The notes beneath the pieces were generated by a model. It had not been told where the DNA came from. It saw only the letters and a program-made list of their open reading frames with translations, and searched no databases. From contig NC_059435.1 of NCBI RefSeq assembly GCF_021028975.2, forward strand, positions 36,518,001-36,582,000: 64,000 nucleotides of DNA, read 5' to 3'. The translations under genes were made by a program, and so were the position numbers. This document shows, in pieces, positions 12,181 to 23,700 of this stretch. Position 1 is the first letter of the stretch, and each line of letters opens with the position of its first letter. This DNA is from Sphaerodactylus townsendi (taxonomy: Eukaryota).

Positions 12181-13659
12181 TTTAAAGGATTTTCCACCCA
12201 CTCCATTTTACTTTGTATTAATTTTGGACATCAGTAATGCTCCACAGGAATAGCGTAAAACTAGGATCTTATTCAAAATTCTCCACACATCTAAATAGGT
12301 ACCTTGTTTAAAAGGCAGGTTGAAGTGTGGATGATACTCTTTTGTTATGCTAATTCCGGCAGTTGCTGCAAGGGACAGGCCCCTTGTGCTCATCATCAAT
12401 GAAAACATTAATTGTCTAGACAGCCCTTCAGAGAAGTCCTGCAAGTGAACTCTTCCATCCTGAGAACTTTCTTTCTAAAAGGTTTTGAAGTAGAAAAAGG
12501 CAACTATTCCCTCTCCAGCAGTAATAGAATACATTAATGACCTCCCATTTTATTACATAATTGCACTGTTCTGAAATATTTATGCTCCCTCAAAACAAAA
12601 CAAAAACAGGGCAAATAATGAAGGACTGGAGGAAGACATAGCCACAGATTCCTCCAACACTTGGAAAGTGCTGAATAGGGTCCAAGCAGTGACACTTTAA
12701 TGTTTAAACTGTACTTCCACACCACCCCAAAATGATGCCAAGAATGCCATGTAATGGGGAAGGGGGGAATTTCCCATCAACTACAGGGTAGTCTCCCAAC
12801 AAGAGAGGGGAGTACAAACACAAAATAGTTTCTTTTTCAGACACAAGGAACTGCTCATGGCAATATCACCCTGCCAGGGAAACACAGTGTTGTTGTTTTT
12901 TCATTTTAAATAGATTTTTTTCATATTTAAACAGAGTTTTTTTGGTGAATGAACAGGTTGTTCATGGAGCATGAACACAGGATGACATCATACAGAAACC
13001 ACTTGTGAAAGCAGTCCTAGTTAACATATTCTGGAAAGTTGCTGCCATGTACCAGGGGACAGAGAATCACCATTTTGCCTGCTGTGTAGGGAATGTACCA
13101 ACTGAAGAAAAGACACTCATCATCTTTTGGATTCAGGACTCCAAAAGAGGCCAGCACTACACAGCATGAAAACTAATAGGTCAATTATCACGAGACTGTC
13201 TTCCACACCATGATTCCTGAAGAAGTGCTCATATCAGACAACATTTCTGCTGCCATCACCACCATCATCAATGGACAGATAGCAGGCTGAGTAGGCAGGG
13301 AAAACCAGGGCCATAGGTTTGGACCCCATGACATAGGTTTGGACCCCAGTTTCATAATTCTGAAACTAAATTACATTTTTGAAAAAAAATCTAAGAACAG
13401 TTTATCCTGTTGAAATAATAAGGATTCACACTTTTGTAATCAGACATGGATATGGTTATTTGGGTTTTGTTCTGTAGGCTCAAATCACAAATATATGCTG
13501 CCACCTAAAAGTGTTTCCGTAATGATGTTTGCTTTGGATTGTCACACAAAGCTTTGTATGTCTGATTCCACAAGCAGAGTGACAGCAAGACAAATTGCTG
13601 CTTATAATGGGTAAAAGAAATGTACCCCTGTATTAGGCCCTGTAAGTATGATACATTTT

Positions 13660-14265
13660 CACAATGTTCCCAACATTTTGGTAAAATTGGCTGTTTTGAG
13701 TTTTCTGCATTGTGGTCTCGGGGTTTTATCACCTAATGTTTTGCTGCATCCATGGTAGGCATCTTCAGAGCATGTTACAGTAAGATGTGTTCTCTCTGTG
13801 GCACAGTGTGGAGTAACTTGTGTGGTTAGCTTTTGTCCTTCTCTCAGGTGGGAGGGGGGCACATTTGCGTTGATATGTGTTCTGGTGGGTCAGGCAAATT
13901 TGCAAGCATCCAGGTGGAGTTCATTTGCAATTGCATTTGTATGTGTCCTGGTGGTTTGAATGTGTGTTACTAATCTCAGAAACTGGAGTGAGGGGGGGGT
14001 GTAAGGGGGAAGAAGATAAGTTTGTAGTATCTGGTGGATTTTTGAATGGTGTTTGAAAAGTCTGCTGGTTTTTTGTTTTAGTGTTTTTAATACCAGTGGC
14101 CAGGTTTTATTGATTATCAGACTCTCTTCCTTTTTGTTGAAATAGTCTCAGTCTTTGTGAATTTCAATGGCTTCCGTGAGTAGTCTGACAAAGTCGCTGT
14201 TGGAGTTGTTGGACTTCTATGTCTTCCAATAACATCCTATGTCCAGCTTTGGTTACAGCATGACT
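13660..14265 (-). mobile_element. Penelope-like element 3' part (GIY-YIG endonuclease C-terminus and pLTR with hammerhead remnant)
   Basis: Minus strand reads HAVTKAGHRMLLEDIEV / VRLLTEAIEIHKD*DYFNKKEESLIINKTWPLVLK; the pLTR contains CTGAAGATGCC...AAAACATTAGG. Confidence 0.88.
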
Positions 14266-16119
14266 TGGGAAAAGTCATGATAAAAACAATGATAATTGAA
14301 CAATAATAGTTTAACTATTTGTGACAAATGGGTCTTCCAGCTATAAGGGATGCTCTTCATCATCACTCCTCCGTTTCATTAGCAGATAACTATTAGTCTC
14401 AGTTCAAAATGATGAAAGGTTAGAATAAAGGATTAACGTTATGAAACGTTTGAAGAAAATTTTTAAAACCCTATGCCACCCCTTTGTTGTGTAACTACAA
14501 GTGAAGCTTCAGCAAAGAACAGAGGGATCCTTTAAACATTATTCTTGTGACACCCTAACACCTTACTCAGGCAAGAGTTCCACCTTCAGTGTCTGGCATT
14601 TTGGACCCTTGGAGTTTCCATTAGACTGACCTGTTCATTTTCATTCCACATGGACCATCATCCTAAGTATAAGTGTAATAATTTCTTTAGACAAATGGTA
14701 GACAAATGGCACTCTGAATTGTGACCAGTTATTTGTAATGGAACTTCATAGAGATTACTGGTGTTTGATGAAGGTGAGACTATATTTACATGGCTCTCAT
14801 TATTAACAGAAGCCTCTGACATCAGAGTTGGAGCTTTGCATGGGATTCACTGATCACTCATAGAAAGAAGGCTGACTCAGGTCCAATTCCATTTATCACA
14901 AACCTCTGGACATCTGGGATTTTCCCTTGTCTTCAGTTTTCAGCCAATTCACAGTTAATCAGAAGGGATCCAGAAATTCCTGCTCAGCCCCAAAGCAACC
15001 AGCTAATCCAATTTTGTCAAATTTGAGGAGCAGGTGGGCAACTCCAAATAAGAGTAGCATTTCGAAAGAGCAAAAAGGCCTTGAAAGCCTGCTTTCTCCC
15101 CATCCTTGACTGGGCAGGTGGGGGGAGGACCTGGTCTTCTCAAACTCTCATTCAAAGAATAAAGAAGATGACCAAAAGGAGTTCATGATGGGCCAGGTAT
15201 GGATTTGTGGAACAAATCTGGATCTGGATGGCAGAGGCTGATTCATGTAGGAGTTAGTAATAAGCCTATGCCACTTGTTTTTGGTCTCTTCCAGTTATAT
15301 GATTCTGATATGTTTGGTATCTTATTCATTGCTTTGTATTCTACACAAGGAAGTTCATTTTTCCTTTAAAATATTACTTCAGAAGGTTTCCTTTGATCTC
15401 CTGCAATTGTTATGTAATGCCATGAAATAACCCTCCAAACAATAAAAAAATTTAAAAGGCTATATAACATTTTTAATTAGATTGAATTCAATAAGGGAGA
15501 TCCAGGAACAAGGTTTGATATGGCAGATGCACACACAATAAGAAGCAAATGGAGGATAAATAGGGAACTCATTGAAATTCTTGTTTGCTCTACTCCATTC
15601 TCTTTTGCTGTTTTGCATTTAAATATTTGAACTGCACTCGTACAGAAACAAAACAAATAACAGTTCAGAACTAAAGTGGAGCTCTGGCAAGCATTTCATG
15701 TCAAGTATTCATTACATCAGGCTATCCACAAAGTCAGAGTGTCTGTAATTTGTGCATGATTATGAAAGAAGGCATCTATTTGCGTACATGCAATCCAAAC
15801 TTATTATAATTGTCAATGTGTCCTTTTGAAAGATGAAACTAAATGTCATGGTACAGAAGTCATTTTGCCTCTGAAACTCAGCTGTATCTGAAAATCAGTT
15901 TCTCAAAATATGTACATCCCATTTGTGTACTGAGTTGGCCACTGAGAGAAAAGAAAAAAGCAACCTCTGCAGTGTTTTGTAGGTAGTGTAGAAGGTATAG
16001 ATTATCCTTTCTTTTGTTTTCATTTTAGGAGATTTGAGTCAGAAAGACCGCAAACATCAAGCCTTGAGTAACCCATTACGACATATATTCAATTATGTTC
16101 CAAAGACTTCGCAGTACTT

Positions 16120-17110
16120 AATCATCATAATTTATTCATAGTCCATAGACTCCATACAATTGGAATAGACGAATAACAGATAAACAGCAATATTATAATT
16201 GCATAGAATTAAAATGATAAAACAGTACTTTTTAACATATGATACGGAATTATAACTTCATTATCTTGAAGCTAATGGTACTTCTAGATATATTCAGATA
16301 AAACCAAAAATGCAACATCTAAAGTTAATTTTAAAACTCTGTCCTCAAGTAGGAATATAACCTTAGACAATTCAGAACTGAAAGATCTGTCATTTAACCA
16401 TGGAAATAACAATTTCTTATGAGGTAAATAATACCAAGGAGAGTCTAATAGTATGTGTGTAATTGATTCAATCATGTTATTACACAGACATAGTCTATAT
16501 TCATAGGAAATACCCTTCAGATGGCCAGACAATACTTCTGATTCAAAAGCATTTAGTCTTGCTCTAGAAAATAGATTTCTATAATGTGCTATAGTTAGGT
16601 TGTTTAGATAGTTAACTACTTTGAATGGTGGGTGATAGTCCAAGCAAAAAACTAGTGCAGAACAAGTAGTTACTGCACAAGTTCTTAGTTTTGCAAAAGT
16701 AATATTTTTGAATCTTTGATTTAAGAGCCATCTCATAACCTAAGCATGATAAAACGTTTGGAGAAAGCCTGAACATAGTGACTTCCTTTTCAATCAAATT
16801 CCACCAATTGCTAGAGAAGCATTCAAAAGACAGATAATGCATTCGGAAAAACAAAAACTTTAAACCATAATTTTACAGTAGATAACCAAGCTTTTGTAGA
16901 TAGTTACCCGAGCTGCTCATCACCTTGGAGATTTGGATATCATCCCACACAATGGCACCCCACCAGCTAATGTCCAGGTCGAACTGCAATCTGATACATC
17001 TGATCTGATGAGTTCCCCTAAAGACTTTCACAATACTTAAATTTTCTTAAGAGAGGGGGCAACATTTGCTCATTCAATTCATTATCACCAGGTCTCCACT
17101 ATGCTGTTCC
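16120..17110 (-). mobile_element. Non-LTR retrotransposon 3' part (RTE-X-like), ORF2 C-terminal CCHC-type region
   Basis: ORF 16284-16736 reads YLNNLT..HYRNLFSRARLN...SG...RLCLC....ESITHILLDSPWY; the 3' end has AATAAA plus (TGA)n. Clade assignment is from pattern recall. Confidence 0.75.
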
Positions 17111-17134
17111 TGGGATTGATGTCTGAATGTTTCA

Positions 17135-17550
17135 GGCTGTTTCCGCATGGGCGGAAAACAGCGCCCTAGGGACTGTAAAAACACCATCCATGGGTCGCTG
17201 TTTGCACAGCAGTGCGAAGATGCCACTACCAAACCACGCTCCCCAAGCTAGGTTTTTCAAAAGCAACATCTTCCCGCTGGTGCAGTGCAAACTCCGCTTT
17301 TGGCCCCTCCGGTGTGTGAGAGGGACTTACCTTGCCTTCTTGTACAGCTCTGGGCAGCTGGAAACACATGCCCACGCTGTCCTCTGACACCCAGGGGTCA
17401 GAGGGCAGCATGGGTGTGTCTTTCCAGTCACCCAGAGCTGAACAGGAAGACAAGGTAAGTCCCTTGCACACACCCTGGGCGGTCTTGTACGGATTAATTT
17501 CTGTGGGCAGTGGCAGCCAGGGACTTCCGCCTTCGCATGGTCCCGAATGC
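17135..17550. mobile_element. PIF/Harbinger-type MITE with internal 164-bp hairpin
   Basis: Left terminus GGCTGTTTCCGCATGGGC; inverted repeat 17311-17474; right end degraded. Confidence 0.75.
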
Positions 17551-17868
17551 TCCACCGGGCTCATATGAGCTGGTTAGCAGTAGTCGCCTCTGGCCATGGG
17601 TGAAATGCAATTCTAGTTCCCCATCTGATCCATTAGATTCATGAGCTTGGTATCGTTCCAGGTCAGAAGAGTCCAACTTTCCTGGATGCTCCACGTCAGA
17701 AGAGTCCAACTATCTGAGCTGTATGTACTGAAGAACAACAAATGTTGTCAAAACCCAACAAACCTCAATAGTCATGGTTGGCAAGGTGACTATCCCATGG
17801 GAACCTGCTTCTTTGGTTGATATTGATGATCAACACTAGTGGCATAAACAGGCTAGATTCTTATCTTC

Positions 17869-18015
17869 GGCCCCTTCCACACACGCAAAATAATGCGTTT
17901 TCAAACCACTTTCACAACTGTTTGCAAGTGGATTTTGCCATCCTTCACAGCATTTCTGGAAAGAGTATACCGAAAGCAGCCGAAAGCGCATTATTCTGCA
18001 TGTATGGAATGATTT
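17869..18015. mobile_element. PIF/Harbinger MITE (same family as 39811-39951, opposite orientation)
   Basis: GGCCCCTTCCACACACGCAAAATAATGCG... aligns to the reverse complement of 39811-39951. Confidence 0.85.
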
Positions 18016-18165
18016 CTCAACCGCATTAGCCGAAGTACCGTTCAGTTTTCCTTCCCTCAAGAAGGTTCCCTTGAGCACTGAACTGAGCACTGAAACCTTA
18101 TACCTTGAAATTTTTGTTGTCTTCTTAAGGTGCTGCTGGGCTTGAATTTTGTTCTGCTACTACAA

Positions 18166-18480
18166 CATTCTTTTAAAGCCTTTATTAGGTATTTGATATA
18201 GATATTTAACAGTATAAAACACTACATAACCAGTTAACACAAATATGCATTTCAGAAAGCACATTAATAACTGATCATAAACTTAAATAGAATAAACATA
18301 CAATTATTCATATATATTCACAATAAACCCATGGGTCCTCACGGCATCTAGGAAGTATTGATAATAAAAGGCTTTCAGTCAGATAAATGGTGTACAACTA
18401 GCCATTCATCTAGGCAATCCTGATATTTTTGTAGGAGGGGTCTAATTATGGAATTCCTCAACTTAGAATAAAAGCTACAA
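18166..18480 (-). mobile_element. LINE 3' end (RTE-X-like) inserted in a Penelope pLTR remnant
   Basis: Reverse complement ends CCTAATAAAGGCTTT; Penelope-type sequence resumes on both sides (TAAGGTGCTGCTGG.../AGCTAACATGGCTACC). A similar tail occurs at ~34900-35100. Confidence 0.55.
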
Positions 18481-20553
18481 TACAACTACTTCAGCTAACA
18501 TGGCTACCTACTTTAAACATTCAGTAGTACAATGGGACTAAGAGATCTTAGAGTTGAGAATGAAAGCCAAAACAGCTATAGCAGGTTCTGAACGCTGGAA
18601 GAGAATTTGAGCTTCCTGTGCTCTTTCTGTGCACTGAAGTCACCTTGGGGAAGCAAACATTCTATACCAAAGTACATGCAGCTAGGAAAAAACTATAACA
18701 TCCCATCTTTTATCTCAGTTGACAAATGTTGTTGATAAACATAAAATGATAATCCTTTCCTGTTTGATTTAGTAATACTGATTATTGCTCCAATGGGAAA
18801 AAAATCAGTTATTTCTGAATCTGATATTTGTATGGAAAGCTTCCCACAAGTAATTTTTAGACGCTTGTAATATATCTATGATCATTAAAGGATCCAAGAT
18901 TGAGGTAGTCTACCATTCTTTTGGTTTATATCTAGCTGACACTGGTGATGGAAGAACATGCCCATGTTTAAAAATAAACATTTGGTTTTCAAACAAATAA
19001 TTTAGACTGTTCCTCAAAAATTACCATAAAACTATTTTATAATTTGTTACAGATTTAAGTGCAGAAACTTGAAATAAAATGCAAATTGAGGTTTAGAACA
19101 GTGGCCCAGAGCCACATCTCTTTCACTACTTCGTTCCATAATTATTGTACCTACTAGTTTTTGTTCTTACTCTCATAGGGTATGAATCCTCTATGCTGAC
19201 TTCTCTTCTCTTCTAGGTCAGGACTAGCTAAATTACTCATGCAATCAAAGTAACAATATTGTTTTGGTCTGCATATAGTGAAAAAAACATTCCATTCGAG
19301 TGTATGTATGTGTTCTAATCTTGTCTACATGGCGAAACTGAAACAATAAGCATTCATAATCTTGGTCACTGCCATTTCAAAACATTTCTTGTGAAATCAC
19401 ATTTGGATTCAGTGGTATAATGGAGGGCGTTTAGGTCAGTTTATGCCCTAATAAAAATGGATGTAGCATCAAAGTTTAAAAATTGGCTTCAGATATTGCT
19501 ATTTGGATAATTATGTCGATCTGTCTCCATTATTCTTTCACGATATTTTATTGAATACTGTGAAACTGATGGAATACATAATAGTAATAAACTTCAGAGA
19601 AAGAGAGACGTCCATCTCATTGATACAACAGATATATAATTTTAATGTTGAATGATTAATATTGTATGGGAGAAATAGCTAGTGCATATTAAATAATTAT
19701 CACCTACGGTTGTAAAAGAGATTTGCTATTTATCAACTAAGGATGCGCGAAACACAACTTCGCAACAAACTCTTTAAGCGTCGGGGCATAGGGTTGCTTC
19801 GGTTCTGACAACACTCTATGACCTCAAAGTATCTTTGGATTTTACTGACCCTCACACAGTCCAAATCCTCATTGGATCAGCCAGTCACAAATTTAGATTA
19901 AATTAATCTCATTGAATGCATCACCAGTGTTGTGAAGATTAGGACTGCCTTGGGAAACTAATCCAGACACTGAGAACAGATTGGACCATACTTTTCCACC
20001 TTATTGACATTGATCTGTACATGAAAACATCTCTGTCATTATTTTGCCATCAAATCTGTCTGTCCAAATGGCCTTACAAGATATTAGCATACTCAAACAT
20101 CTATACACACTCCTGGGAAGATGATGACTCATTCAAATCACTGCCTGATCAAGTTTTGATGGTACTTTCTGTGCCTATGACAGTGTCCAGTGGGAGTCAG
20201 ATTCAGTTCTGAAATATGAGAAATGGTTACCCATCGAAGAAAACAGAATGTATGCAAATTATGCATCCTTAACCTGGTGGGAACAATCATAACATGGTAC
20301 TGTAACAATCACATTATTATTGTGATTGTATTTTTATTATTATTGTGGTTGCTCTGCACACCAGTCAGGATCCTGCAATGAATCACCTTCAATGCACTGC
20401 ATCCTGAAGTGACACAACCCCTTCTACCAGCTTGGAGTTCTACCACTGCATGCTGTCTACACCAGGCTTAAGAAACCACATTCAAGCTGCAGCCATTCTG
20501 CATGTTTCTAGACCCATCTAAATCAAGACAGCATCCTAGCTACAGGTATACAG

Positions 20554-20771
20554 TTGGATCCAGACTAACATTTCTGTGGGTGCAAGGAGAATTGTTCAGA
20601 GCATGATTTTCCTGCCTCCCCCTACTGTTGCAACTTGAAATGCCATTTTTAATGTTGTTCCATGGGGTCTCCTTTTCTCTAAAAGAGAATTTTAGGCAGA
20701 TGGGGGAGGAGGAAAATCATGTTCCATGAACAGAAATCCTTGCACATTTGTAAAGTTTAGTCTGGATCCAA
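20554..20771. mobile_element. MITE with GGATCC-containing terminal inverted repeats
   Basis: TTGGATCCAGACTAA (20554-20568) and TTAGTCTGGATCCAA (20757-20771) form a perfect 15-bp inverted repeat. Confidence 0.8.
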
Positions 20772-23700
20772 GTTATAATCAACAAGTATTTCTTTTCCTT
20801 GAACTCTAGATTCAATGAAAACTACAGTTATTGAGGCATGTATATCTTTATTTATTATTTATTATTTAGTTTTATATACCACCCTATCCCAAGAGGGCTC
20901 AGGGCTGTGTTCTAAGTTCAGGTCACTTGAGTAAAGATCAGTTATAGTCTCTCCAAACAATAGGTAGGCTTTGCCCTTTTTGATTTGCCTAGATTTTTGG
21001 GGAAACTATTAGTCTGAAAAAACTATTTAATTTTTAATGCAATAAAACAAGTTGCCTATAATAAGTGAGATGTGGTAGTTGAGCTTAGGTTTCTCAGCTG
21101 CATGTCCATCTTCCTGTCCCACAGGTGTCACTTGTATTGTGTCCTGGCAGCATGCTGATTGGCTGTTCACAAAGGCATCTCTCCATTAAGTTAACAATAT
21201 AACCTAAGCAAGAATTTTATTCCATTGATAATAGAACAGGATATATGTCAAAAAAAGTGGAGAAGAATTTTTATGGAGACAGGTAATGGATAAGACAAAA
21301 AAAGAGATATATGATGTGCAATAGAAGGAAGAAAAGGCTGATAAGCTAGAGGAAGGATTTTTATTTCTTCTCCCACTGTGAATTATCACATACTTCCTTG
21401 TACACACAATGTGTTATATATCAGGAAAAGCACTGAGCAGCATTCCTTCTTTGCAATTCTGGATATTTCTGGGGTAGCATGTGTATGTCATTGGCCTCAA
21501 TAATAAACACTGTTAAAGGCATAAGGTCTGGGGCACCTTCTCTATGTAAAAGGAAGTTCGTAATGCGGGTTTAGCGCTTTGAAATCAAAACAGCCAAATC
21601 TCAGTACTGTCAAAACTTTTAATATGTGCTGGAAGAGACACAAAAAACAGATTACCATTTAGCTCTTTTATTGTTTTAAACACTTTCTATTAAGATCAAA
21701 GCTATTAGAAAATCAGTCATTAAGGAAGAATGACTTTCTTCACCCACTCAGTTGGGATTAAGTTCTCGGCAGAGGAATCCCTCTCATATGAAGGATCCTC
21801 CCTTCAAAATTTCTGATAAGAAAATGTCAGCCCCATCCAAGTGGGTAGCGGAGCTGCAACCATGCCACCCTAGCACTCCCAGAAAGGCTTCCCAGTGGTA
21901 TGGGGTGGCTTGCAAAACAAAACAGCCTCCCCCCTACCAAGAAACCTCTATGGGGTTGAATATACTTACACGACCCCAAAGGGTTGCATTAGTCCAGCTT
22001 CCCTGGTGCTGGCATTAACTGGCAAATGGTTGGAAAGAAGCTGACTAATGTCGGCTCCTTCCCTCACCAATGGGTGGGGCTGGCAGTTTCACTTCTCCAC
22101 TGGGGTAAGTACCCTGGGGAGGGCATTTCCGTCAGTGGAAGTTGTTGTTGTTGCTGCTGCCGATTTTGTTTTACGCATGATTACGATAATTTATTGGCTT
22201 ATTATTTAACTTTGAAGTGATAAATCGCCTTCTATCCCCGGAGCAATTCAGTTGCAATTCACTTCCATCGGGTGGATTCGTACCCAATTCCCACCCCAGA
22301 TGGAGCTGTGCATTCATTTTTTATTCAATGAACATTCTTTTTTGCAATGCTGGCACGTGCACACTGGGAATGAGCTGCCAAATCCTTTCCTAACAATGTC
22401 AAGCATGTGTCTGTGTGAAGGGCCATGAGGACAATGTGAAGGAAATGGGTGCCTTTCCTCATCTTACCTTGCTGCGAAGTGGAAAGTACCATCATGTTGC
22501 AGACCATTTATGGATATTCTGTAGGGTTTTCAAGGTAAGGGGCATTCAGAGGTGACTTGCCATTGTCATCCTCTGTGTACCAATCCTGAACTTGCCAAAC
22601 CACTTTATTTTTCCTGCCCTGTTGCCTGTTCTTCTGCCTTTCCATAAGGCAGCCAGTTCTGCCGCCAACCCGCAGTGATAGTCCGTTCATTTCGGAAACG
22701 TCCTGGTTATCTTTTCTCCCCTCGGCACCGCAACTCGTGACCACCATTCGTCTCTGGGCGTATAGCAACGGATTCTCAACCAGCAGGGCTGTTGCAAGCA
22801 ATGGCCCCATTTCCTTTTTTTTTTTTTTATAGGGTGGTCGGAGCATCCAGCTAGGTAGATGCACACTTTTGGATGTGGATGGAACATATTACTTTGCTCC
22901 CTTTCGGGACAGATTTTATTATTTTATATATCACAATGGTTCGGGGGGAAAGGTTGCATGCTTCATGTTTACATGTGTCATGATTTCAAAGCCCACAACT
23001 GTTGTTCCTCACTGGAGAAATGATGCACACTTTTGGATGTGGATGGGACATATTGCTTTGCTAGTCTCTTTCTTTGGGACAGGTCCCATGCTTCGGCCGC
23101 TGCAGATTTATCTACCAATGTAAGCTTTCATTTTAGTTAAGAGGTGTGGTTTTGCGCGAGTGTATTTGTGATGGTGGAGCAGCCAATCAGAATGCAGGAA
23201 AAACTGGATGTTTGCACCTGCACATTTGCTTTGCTGAAAAAAAAATAGCAGACTCATGTGATGCGTACAGCAAACAGATTTTATTTCTTGTTACAGAAAA
23301 CAGGCACTCCAGCGGAAGGGCAACCCCGGAATAAAGTAGACCCACTTCTGACTTCTTTTCCTAAGTTGCGAGCGCCTCACTTCTACTCATTGGTTTCTGG
23401 TTCCCTGTTGGTTTCACTTTTACAAGGCAGTTTAGCATTTCCTTTTCTACAATGTGCGCCAAAACATATATAGTGTCTCCGCTGGAAGAGGAGGGGAAGC
23501 ATATGTCAGATTTTGGGCCTTCTTGACTGGGTTCGCAAGATGTAGCTGCTTGGTGGGATTTTACTTTCCTCTCTCCTCCAATATCTTCACAGCTGTGCTA
23601 AATTTCCCCTTACGACCTGTACCCCCTTGCTTGCCTTCGCTCACCAACTCCTTATTTCATCATTAAATCAAATCAACTTCTGCCCTTTTGCTGCTGCCCT

